A DNA stretch of 41,984 nucleotides from IMG/VR virus record IMGVR_UViG_3300017716_002541, positions 1 through 41,984 of that record; one strand, written 5' to 3'. This DNA comes from a virus. Lineage: Duplodnaviria > Caudoviricetes. A program made the position numbers and the translations under genes. The notes under the pieces were generated by a model. That model searched no databases, had not been told where the DNA came from, and saw only the letters and a program-made list of their open reading frames with translations. Below are positions 34,424 through 41,984 of this stretch, in pieces (positions within the stretch are counted from its first letter, which is position 1; every line of letters begins with the position of its first letter).

Positions 34424-34906
34424 ATGGCCCTGAACTTCTTCCAGCGCCACCGCGCGAAGATCGTTTTTGCCGGTCCTGACGACTGCTGGCTCTGGACGGC
34501 GGGCAAGTACAGGAACGGCTACGGACAACTCACGGTGGACAGCAAGAAGCGGCTTGCACACCGCGAGGCCTATGAGGATGCCAACGGCAAACACTCTGCC
34601 CATGGTCTCGTCGTTCGCCACAAGTGCGACGTGAAATCCTGCGTCAACCCTGCCCATCTGGAGCCCGGCACTGTCGCTGACAACAATCGCGACATGATTG
34701 AGCGCGGAGGCCACAGGTATGTGGCGCACCAAGGCGAGGCAAACGGCAGGGCCAAGATCACTGAAGACCACGTCCGCACCATCAGGGCAGCCTACGTTCG
34801 CGGCAGTAGCGAGTTCGGCCTGCGCGCGCTCGCAGAGCAGTTCGGCGTGACCCAAGTGCTCGTCAGCCGTGTCGTCCGCCGCAAGGCTTGGAGCCACGCT
34901 GTATGA
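34424..34906 (+). CDS. HNH homing-type endonuclease
   Basis: DCWLWT, GYG, AHR, VRHKCDVKSCVNPAHLEPGT..DN; C-terminal HTH. Confidence 0.9.
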   Translation: MALNFFQRHRAKIVFAGPDDCWLWTAGKYRNGYGQLTVDSKKRLAHREAYEDANGKHSAHGLVVRHKCDVKSCVNPAHLEPGTVADNNRDMIERGGHRYVAHQGEANGRAKITEDHVRTIRAAYVRGSSEFGLRALAEQFGVTQVLVSRVVRRKAWSHAV

Positions 34907-35244
34907 GCCGGAACGAAGATCACATCCTGTCCACCATTGACCGTCGCAGGGATAGAGGCACCGCCTCCGCGCGAACGATCCAAGTCCGCGCCTCTGCTGT
35001 CGAGGCTGTCAACGCCTTCGTTACCAGCCTCCCGGAAGAGGACCGCTGCGACGCGATGAACGCCGCCATCCGCCATCTGCGCACCCTTTACGGCTCCGGC
35101 GAGGGCGAGCGGGAAGCCGTTTCGCTGTTCGGCTCGCTGGCGTGGTCCGCGACCCTCCAGGCCCGCGCCGCCGTCGCCCGCGCAACCGCGGAACAGGCGA
35201 TGGCCAGACTGACCAACCACGCGAACGACGAGGATCCCCGATGA
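34903..35244 (+). CDS. hypothetical protein
   Basis: ATGA overlaps at both ends. Confidence 0.6.
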   Translation: MSRNEDHILSTIDRRRDRGTASARTIQVRASAVEAVNAFVTSLPEEDRCDAMNAAIRHLRTLYGSGEGEREAVSLFGSLAWSATLQARAAVARATAEQAMARLTNHANDEDPR

Positions 35245-35807
35245 CCGACACCATGACCGTGCAGCGCAGCTGCCCCACACCGCTGCAGCTGGCAGAAAGT
35301 CGCTGGCAGGGACGCGCCATGCGAGGAAGCCAGCCGGCCATGGTCGCGCTTTACGAAAGCGACCAACACCCGGGCTACTTCCATTGTGAAGTGACCATTG
35401 GCGGCGAGACCGTTGAAACCCGCCGACCAGTAAAAGCCTCGGGGGTTGCGCAAGTGCTTGGCTGGATGCTTAAGCCCGCCGGCTTTACCGTCGAGGATCT
35501 TTTCTGGGAGGCCGTGAGGGCGTGGAAGCCAGCGCCTCCGAAGCCCGCCGAGACCAGCGTGGTGTACTTCCTCGCCGCCGGCCCGTTCATCAAGATTGGC
35601 AAGGGCTCGGGAGACGCGACGAAACGCGCCTCTGAGCTTCAGACCGGCTGCCCATACCCGATCACGATCTTGGCTACGATGCCGGGCGGTGTCCGCGAAG
35701 AGAAGGCGCTTCACCGCAGGTTCGCCCGCATCAGGGCGCACGGCGAGTGGTTCCGCGCCGAGGACTTCCTGCTCAACTTCATCGCCAGCATCGTGGACGA
35801 AGCGTGA
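35241..35807 (+). CDS. GIY-YIG/T5orf172 (MUG113-like) domain protein
   Basis: VYFL...IKIG...R..ELQTGCP...EKALHRRF...GEWF. Confidence 0.82.
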   Translation: MTDTMTVQRSCPTPLQLAESRWQGRAMRGSQPAMVALYESDQHPGYFHCEVTIGGETVETRRPVKASGVAQVLGWMLKPAGFTVEDLFWEAVRAWKPAPPKPAETSVVYFLAAGPFIKIGKGSGDATKRASELQTGCPYPITILATMPGGVREEKALHRRFARIRAHGEWFRAEDFLLNFIASIVDEA

Positions 35808-36805
35808 TGGAAATGCTGTCTCGTGATGAAGTGCCATCGGACCTTTCCGGTGCCGAAACTTCCGGCCTTCTGACGCTGTCAGACGGACGATCCGTTCCCT
35901 ACGTCGTCCACCCTCTTGCCGCTCGCCTGCCGACGATGTCGGGGCCTGCCCTGGCTGCGTTCACCGAGGATGTTCGTCAGCATGGCGTGCGCAGGCCGAT
36001 TGTGTTGCTCGACGGCCAAGTGCTTGACGGCAGGCATCGTTATCATGCGGCCCGGGAAGTCGGCTGCGGATACGATGTCGTCGACTTTATCGGCGACGAC
36101 CCGGTTGCGTTCGTGCTGTCCGAGAATGTTCACCGTCGCCACCTGTCAGAAACGACCAGGGCGCTGATGGCGGCGGACTTCGCCAAGCTCGGAAGGGGTA
36201 ACCCCGCATTCAAATCCGCATCGGTGCGGAATAGCGAAACAACGGCAGAGGTCGCCAAACGGTTTGAGGTTTCACCGCGTCTCGTCGAGAGCGCGAAGGC
36301 CGTGGTGCGCGATGCTACGCCGACTCTGGTTGCCATGGTCGAGCGGAACGAAACGAGCCTCGCCGCCGCCGTCGCCGTCGCCAAGCTCCCCGAGGCCGAA
36401 CAGGTCGAGATCGTCGCCCAAGGGCCGGACGCCGTTCGTGCGGCTGCGAAGGAATCTCGCGCGCCGAAGGCTCCGGCGGACAAGCGCCCTGCCAACGGCC
36501 TCTCCGGCCTGACGCGCGAAGGCCTCGAAGACGCGGTGACCGGCCTCCGTACCGAAAACGCCGACCTTCGCTCGCAGCTCGCTACGGTGAAGACCGAACG
36601 CGACGACCTGAAAGCCCGCCTGAAGGAGGCCACGGCGGAAGATCAGGGCAAGGTCATCGGCGCCCTGCAGAAGCAGCTTCAGGCGGCCAAGTTTTCCCGC
36701 GACGAGGCGCTGGCCGCGACCAAGCGCATGGAGTTCAAGCTCAAGAAGGCTGAGGCTCGGGTGAAGGAGCTGGAGGAAACCCCGATCGACATGGGGCAGC
36801 CGTGA
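35807..36805 (+). CDS. ParB-like N-terminal domain protein with HTH and coiled coil
   Basis: HP.A...P, GVRRPI, VLDGRHRY, SENVHRRHL. Confidence 0.8.
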   Translation: MEMLSRDEVPSDLSGAETSGLLTLSDGRSVPYVVHPLAARLPTMSGPALAAFTEDVRQHGVRRPIVLLDGQVLDGRHRYHAAREVGCGYDVVDFIGDDPVAFVLSENVHRRHLSETTRALMAADFAKLGRGNPAFKSASVRNSETTAEVAKRFEVSPRLVESAKAVVRDATPTLVAMVERNETSLAAAVAVAKLPEAEQVEIVAQGPDAVRAAAKESRAPKAPADKRPANGLSGLTREGLEDAVTGLRTENADLRSQLATVKTERDDLKARLKEATAEDQGKVIGALQKQLQAAKFSRDEALAATKRMEFKLKKAEARVKELEETPIDMGQP

Positions 36806-37059
36806 GCATCCTCGCCCGGATCAGAGCGAACGGCGGAGACGTGGCCCGGCAGGAATGGCGGTTCACGCTCAAGCGCGGCCGGCTGACGACTGAGGCCCAA
36901 ACCTGGCTCAAGGCGGCAGGGCGCTGGCGGCTGGCCTGCTCAGAGGCGTGGCCGCTGTTCGACCTGTGGGAAGAGCGGGCTGCAATCCGTGAGTTCGACG
37001 GCGGCCAGACGCGGGTCGAGGCCGAGCGCGCCGCCTATGCGGAGGTCGCCGGATGCTGA
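36802..37059 (+). CDS. hypothetical replication-region protein
   Basis: EERAAIREFDGG..R.EAE motif common in phage replication modules. Confidence 0.65.
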   Translation: MSILARIRANGGDVARQEWRFTLKRGRLTTEAQTWLKAAGRWRLACSEAWPLFDLWEERAAIREFDGGQTRVEAERAAYAEVAGC

Positions 37060-38627
37060 ACCTCGTCGACACCCGCGAGATCGTCCTGCGCGATTATCAG
37101 GCCAACGCCATCGACGCGCTGCGAGAGAACATCCGCAAGGGCGTGAAGCGGCTGATCCTGTGCGCCGGCACCGGGGCCGGCAAGACGCTGACCTCCGCCG
37201 AACTGCTGAAGGCTGCGCACCGCAAGGGCAGCTATGCCCTGTTCATCGTCGATCGCGTCGCCCTGGTCGATCAGACCAGCGCGGTGTTCGACGAATACGG
37301 CATCCCGCACGGCATCGTTCAGGGGATCAACCCGCGCTGGGCGCCGCGCGAGCACATCCAGATTTGCTCGGCCCAGACGCTGGCCCGGCGCGTCCTGCCC
37401 CGGCAGCCCGACCTGATCGTGGTCGATGAGTGTCACTGCCAGTTCAAGGCGACGCAGGACTACATGGCCGCCAATCCAGACGCGGTGAAGATCGGCCTGA
37501 CCGCCACTCCGTTTACACCCGGCCTCGGCCAGCATTGGGACGGCATGGTCAACGTGATCCCGACCCGGGCACTCATCAACGAGGGCTATCTGGTCGAGCC
37601 GAAGATCTACGTGGCGAAGAGCCCGGATGATCGGGATTTCGGGCTCAACAGCTTCGGCGAGTTCTCCGACGAAGGCGCCGCGTCGGCCGGGATCAAGATC
37701 GTCGGCGACGTGGTCGAGGAATGGATCGGCAAGACGCAGGAGCATTTCGGCGGGCCGGCGAAGACCATCGTGTTCAGCCCGACCGTTGAGCATGGCCGCG
37801 AGCTCTGCGCCGCCTTCTCCGCCGCCGGGTTCAACTTCCAGCAGATCAGCTACCTCGACAAGGACGACGACGAGCGCGCGGCCAAGATCGCGGAGTTCCG
37901 GCGTCCGGACAGCCTGATCCATGGCCTGATCTCGTGCGGCGTCCTGACCAAGGGCTTCGACGTTCCCGACGTTCTGATCGGGGTCTCGTGCAAGCCCTAC
38001 CGCAAGAGCCTGTCGAGCCACATGCAGGAGATCGGCCGGATCATGCGGCCCATTCCAGGGCAGCAAAAGAAGGCCCTCTGGCTCGATCACAGCGGCAACA
38101 TCGAGCGGTTCGCGCTGGATATGTTCGATGTCTGGGAGAACGGCGCAGGCGAACTGTCGAAGGCGGAGAAGCGGGACTCGAAGCCTCGGGAGCGTAACGA
38201 ACAGGTCCGCGAGAAGGTCGTCTGCCCGGAATGCTCCGGCGCGATGCGGGGCAGCACCTGCATGGCCTGCGGCTGGGAGCGGCCAGCCCGGTCACACATA
38301 CACGCCGTCGAGGGTGAGCTGCGCGAGTTCGACGCTGCGGCCCTCGGGATCGAAGCACGGGCTGGGCTGCGGGCGGATTGCCTGAAGCATCCCCGCCGGG
38401 TTTGGGAAGCCGCGCTGACCGCCTGCGCAAGCCGGACGCGGAAGGGCGAGGACCATGCCCGCCGATGGGCCTATGGCATCTATCGCGGCGTCTATCCCGG
38501 GTCGAAGCTGCCCTTCGGCTGGTACGATATCCGCATCCCCTGTGATGTCGACACCGGCGCCCTGTCTCTGGTCGAGCGGGAAATCCTGCGCTTCCGGAAG
38601 AACAGCAACGCGAGGCAGGCGGCATGA
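37053..38627 (+). CDS. superfamily 2 DEAD/DEAH helicase with Zn ribbon
   Basis: LRDYQ, GTGAGKT, VDECH, GLTATP, KGFDVP, QEIGRIMR, CPEC..CMAC. Confidence 0.93.
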   Translation: MLNLVDTREIVLRDYQANAIDALRENIRKGVKRLILCAGTGAGKTLTSAELLKAAHRKGSYALFIVDRVALVDQTSAVFDEYGIPHGIVQGINPRWAPREHIQICSAQTLARRVLPRQPDLIVVDECHCQFKATQDYMAANPDAVKIGLTATPFTPGLGQHWDGMVNVIPTRALINEGYLVEPKIYVAKSPDDRDFGLNSFGEFSDEGAASAGIKIVGDVVEEWIGKTQEHFGGPAKTIVFSPTVEHGRELCAAFSAAGFNFQQISYLDKDDDERAAKIAEFRRPDSLIHGLISCGVLTKGFDVPDVLIGVSCKPYRKSLSSHMQEIGRIMRPIPGQQKKALWLDHSGNIERFALDMFDVWENGAGELSKAEKRDSKPRERNEQVREKVVCPECSGAMRGSTCMACGWERPARSHIHAVEGELREFDAAALGIEARAGLRADCLKHPRRVWEAALTACASRTRKGEDHARRWAYGIYRGVYPGSKLPFGWYDIRIPCDVDTGALSLVEREILRFRKNSNARQAA

Positions 38628-39211
38628 ACGCACCACTGCCTGCCGGTCCCTTCGGCTGCATTCTCGCTGACCCGCCTTGGGCCTTCCGCACCTACAGCGG
38701 CGAGGACGCAGTGCCGACGCTGGCGAACGATCCCTACCCGACCATGACTCTCGACCAGATGAAGGCGCTGCCTGTGGCCGACGCCGCCGGACCGGACTGC
38801 CTTCTCGTCATGTGGGTGATCTCGTCGCACATCCCGCAGGCACTGGAACTCGCCGAGGCGTGGGGGTTCACCTACCGCAGCCTTGGTCCGGTCTGGATCA
38901 AAGAACGGTCTCCGGACCAGACCGAGATGTTCGGCCATGGCCCGATCTGCGACCTCGGCATGGGGTACTGGTTTCGGCAGCAGGCGGAGATCGCCTTCGT
39001 GTTCGGTCGCGGATCACCGACCCGGCTCTCGGCGGGCGTCCGTCAGGTTATGGCGGAGCCGCGCCGGGAGCATAGCCGGAAGCCAGACCTGACCCACGAG
39101 CGCGTCGAGCGACTTGTCGCCGGGCCGTATCTGGAACTGTTTGCCCGCGCCCCGCGCGAAGGCTGGGCCGTCTGGGGCAACCAGACCGACAAGTTCGCGG
39201 TGGCGGCATGA
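38624..39211 (+). CDS. MT-A70 family N6-adenine methyltransferase
   Basis: ILADPPW, YPTM, EHSRKPD, LELFAR, WGNQ. Confidence 0.92.
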   Translation: MNAPLPAGPFGCILADPPWAFRTYSGEDAVPTLANDPYPTMTLDQMKALPVADAAGPDCLLVMWVISSHIPQALELAEAWGFTYRSLGPVWIKERSPDQTEMFGHGPICDLGMGYWFRQQAEIAFVFGRGSPTRLSAGVRQVMAEPRREHSRKPDLTHERVERLVAGPYLELFARAPREGWAVWGNQTDKFAVAA

Positions 39212-40143
39212 CCACCCTGTCCCTGACAGACGCGATGCGCGATGCCTGCGCAGCGGTCGGCATCGAGCCGCCGACGCGCCGCCTTGTGCCCGATGTCTGG
39301 ATCAGGACCGACACCAAGGGGAAGAACGGCAAGGGCGACGGCAGCGTGAAGCTCGATGTCGACCTCAAGGGCGGCACGGCCATGAACTACCAGACCGGAC
39401 TGCATCAGCGGTTCCGGCTGGGCGTGGCGTCAAACGACAACCGGCCCGTCGATCCCAAGATCGCGGAGCAGCGCCGGGAGCGAGAGCAACAGGTCGAGGC
39501 CGAGCGCCGGGAAGTCGAGCGCATCTGCGCCGCCATCGTGGCCGGCTGCCGAGAGGACCGACACGCCTATTTCGACAAGAAGGGCTTCCCCGACGAGGTG
39601 GGCCTGGTCTGTGATGAGCCTCGCGTCCACTTCCCCGCCAACCGCTTCGGCGAGGCTCTAGGGCGGGCCCTTCCCGATGGTCGAGGTCTTCCGCTCCTCG
39701 TGATCCCTGGCCGGATCGGCTCGAAGCTGGTCACGGTCCAGTTCATCACCACCACAGGCGAGAAGAAGAACATCCTGAAGGGCCAGATGGGCGGTGCCTT
39801 CCACAGGATCGCCACGGGCAGGGACACATGGGTCTGCGAGGGCATCGGCACGGCACTGACGGTTCGGGCCGCCCTGAAGGTCCTTGGGGCCAATGCGACG
39901 GTGTTGAGCGCCTTCTCGGCCTCCAACGTCGGCAAGGTCGCAGAGGGCATCGCTGGATCTCGGATAGCCGCCGACAACGACAAGCCGGTCGAGACGCTGG
40001 AGAACCGCGGCGCCGGCGAGTTCTACGCCCGCCGCTCGGGACGGAAGTGGGTGATGCCGCCCGACCTGGGCGACTTCAACGACTACCACGCCAAGCACGG
40101 ACTTCGGGCCACCGCCCTCCTCCTCCGGGAGGCGCTGGGATGA
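39208..40143 (+). CDS. DNA primase (Toprim domain)
   Basis: VQFI...GEK, VCEGIGT, AADND, GDFND. Confidence 0.85.
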   Translation: MTTLSLTDAMRDACAAVGIEPPTRRLVPDVWIRTDTKGKNGKGDGSVKLDVDLKGGTAMNYQTGLHQRFRLGVASNDNRPVDPKIAEQRREREQQVEAERREVERICAAIVAGCREDRHAYFDKKGFPDEVGLVCDEPRVHFPANRFGEALGRALPDGRGLPLLVIPGRIGSKLVTVQFITTTGEKKNILKGQMGGAFHRIATGRDTWVCEGIGTALTVRAALKVLGANATVLSAFSASNVGKVAEGIAGSRIAADNDKPVETLENRGAGEFYARRSGRKWVMPPDLGDFNDYHAKHGLRATALLLREALG

Positions 40144-40509
40144 CACCGAGAGCCCCCGCCATCTCCAACGGCGGGGTCTGGTCCGATCGGTCGGTTTCGA
40201 TGAGAGACGGCGGCGACGGAGCAGGAAGGCACACCGTGGGGCAGGAACCCGTGCAAGCGCAGTCCGAAAGAGAGAAGCGCGGTTCCCGGCATGTGAGGCA
40301 ATGCCGACATAGTAGCTCTCAACGACGCGGGGGAACTCACCTCACCGCATCGGCCCAAGGCGGCGGCCCGGCTCCGGCCAGCAAGACCACCAAGGGCATA
40401 TGGACTAGCCGCCGGTCACCTCTGTGGCCGGGGCTAGTCGTCCTATGCCCGGACAACAACCCTCTCCATCCAGCAAATCAGAATACTCAGGAAGAACAGG
40501 AGCCTCTCC

Positions 40510-41217
40510 ATGGCACGTAAGCGCAAAAACAAGCCCTCGAAGCCTCGCGTGATGGTTGCGGTGTCGCCAGCGAACGATGACGCCGCTGTGGCTCCGGCCG
40601 TCATTCGCGAGCGCCGTCAGGAGGCCGCTCGCCTCAAGGCCCAAGGTGCTGAGGTCAACGCGGACAAGCGCACGGGCGAGATAAGGGGCGCATGGCGCAA
40701 GGACGTGTTCGAGACCCTGCGGAACCGGAGAGGCAAGCCAGAGGTGAAGGGCCAGCTTGGCCGTCCCGCCCTTCCGCAGCGGTCTTACGAGGCGTTCCGA
40801 TCCCATGAGCGCGACATCCACATGGCTGAAGGTGCAGGCAACCCCGACCGGCGCCCCGACTTCATCCGATCGACATCCGGGGGAGCACCAGGCCAGAACG
40901 TCACGGCCGAAATGCTCGACGCGGCCGAGCGGGTCAGAAAGACCATGCGGGCAATGTCACCCCCCGATGCCCGGCTCGTCAGCGTCCTTCTCACCGGAGA
41001 GAACGCTCTGGCGAAGAACTGGCGGGCTGTCGTGGAGAAGGAAACCGGCGAGCATCAGGACGAGGCCCAAGCCGCCCGCATCCGCGCCCTTGGGGAGAAC
41101 CTGTACTACGCCCGGTCGGTCGCCAACACGGAGCCCGCGAGCGCAGCGAACGACACGGGGGAGCGCAAGCCGAAGGAGAAGCCGGTCACATGGTTTAGGG
41201 GTCACGACTTCGGCTGA
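40510..41217 (+). CDS. hypothetical protein in the Q (late regulator) position
   Basis: AGGAG RBS; last early gene, followed by a promoter-like sequence and terminator. Confidence 0.55.
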   Translation: MARKRKNKPSKPRVMVAVSPANDDAAVAPAVIRERRQEAARLKAQGAEVNADKRTGEIRGAWRKDVFETLRNRRGKPEVKGQLGRPALPQRSYEAFRSHERDIHMAEGAGNPDRRPDFIRSTSGGAPGQNVTAEMLDAAERVRKTMRAMSPPDARLVSVLLTGENALAKNWRAVVEKETGEHQDEAQAARIRALGENLYYARSVANTEPASAANDTGERKPKEKPVTWFRGHDFG

Positions 41218-41286
41218 CCACCACCCCTTGATCAACCGGCCGAACTGTGGGTACATCAGGCACGGTCGCTTCGCGCGTCCAGACAT

Positions 41287-41318
41287 CGGCCCCGCCCTCA
41301 CCCGGCGCGGGCCGTTTT
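41287..41318 (+). terminator. tR'-like terminator
   Basis: CGGCCC-CGCC...GGCG-C-GGGCCG followed by TTTT. Confidence 0.6.
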
Positions 41319-41402
41319 CGTTTCAGACCCCTGACCACGTCATAGCTACGGCGACGGGCTGGCTCAGGGGAGTGAGGCGAGACCAACACACAGGAGGCGA
41401 GG

Positions 41403-41576
41403 ATGCTGTACTGGCTCTTCCTCTTGGCCAACACGATTCTGCAGCCTTGGGGCTGGACCTTGGGTCTTTCTCGGACGCCGGTCTTTGCCGGCGAGGACGC
41501 CGGATGGGCGGTCTATCGCCCCGGCCCGGTGCGCCTTGGCCTGTATCGGTTTCCGAGACCATCGCGCCCCGCCTGA
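41403..41576 (+). CDS. small hypothetical protein (57 aa, not in ORF track)
   Basis: AGGAGG RBS; MLYWLFLLANTILQPWGW... Confidence 0.45.
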   Translation: MLYWLFLLANTILQPWGWTLGLSRTPVFAGEDAGWAVYRPGPVRLGLYRFPRPSRPA

Positions 41577-41580
41577 CCGT

Positions 41581-41922
41581 ATGGCCAGAACAGGGCGGCG
41601 AGACGACCGGAGCGCAGAGGCTGAAGGATACCGCAGGCTCTACCGCACGAAGCGCTGGCTCCTGATCCGCAAGGCCCAGCTCGCAGCCTACCCATTGTGC
41701 CAGACCTGCTTGAGCCAGGGTCATGTCACCCCGGCCACCGTCTGCAACCACGCCGACAAGGATAGCAAGGCGACCGTCGAGGGGTTCTTCGGCGGCCCCT
41801 TCACCAGTGAGTGTAAGCCCTGCCACGACAGCGTCATCCAGAAGCAGGAGAAGCGCGGTCACCTGATCGGATGCGACGAGAGCGGAACACCGCTCGACCC
41901 AAACAGTCCGTGGCGCGCCTGA
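41581..41922 (+). CDS. packaging-associated HNH endonuclease (HK97 gp74-like)
   Basis: LY.TKRW...PLCQTC...ATVCNH...CKPCHDS; last gene before cos/terS. Confidence 0.85.
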   Translation: MARTGRRDDRSAEAEGYRRLYRTKRWLLIRKAQLAAYPLCQTCLSQGHVTPATVCNHADKDSKATVEGFFGGPFTSECKPCHDSVIQKQEKRGHLIGCDESGTPLDPNSPWRA

Positions 41923-41984
41923 CCCCACGGGGGGAGGGTAAAAGTCCAGACCAACCGCCTTACGGACCGGCGGGGGCTCCCTCC

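Noticed and set aside
40757-41665. 302-aa alternative-frame ORF
   Set aside because: It has a low-complexity translation and crosses a better-supported gene, promoter and terminator

Overview
This window looks like an essentially complete ~42 kb temperate, cos-type HK97-like siphophage genome in its free form, with attP intact. It is GC-rich and probably infects an alphaproteobacterium of the Caulobacter/Brevundimonas type (inferred). The + strand from 63 to 20156 carries the packaging, head, tail, tail fibre/tailspike and lysis genes. A - strand tyrosine integrase follows, and its reading frame runs through a tRNA-Gly(CCC)-type attP. Next comes a leftward early operon (Redbeta/RecE recombination genes, a C5 methyltransferase, many small accessory ORFs), a cI/cro switch with GTGCA-N4-TGCAC operators, and a rightward replication operon (ParB-like, SF2 helicase, MT-A70 methyltransferase, primase). 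A Q-position gene and the packaging HNH nuclease close the genome. The most unusual signal is at 22.0-25.3 kb. Two families of covarying hairpin repeats alternate there as apparent left and right ends of small cargo cassettes inserted within open reading frames. One cassette (24550-25015) is flanked by a perfect 15-bp direct repeat, and removing it re-fuses two genes in frame. No cognate transposase is visible. Other notable points are attP inside int, tmRNA-tag-like C-termini on early proteins, and a WYL-TerB moron. All product calls come from motif recognition and gene order, not database searches.
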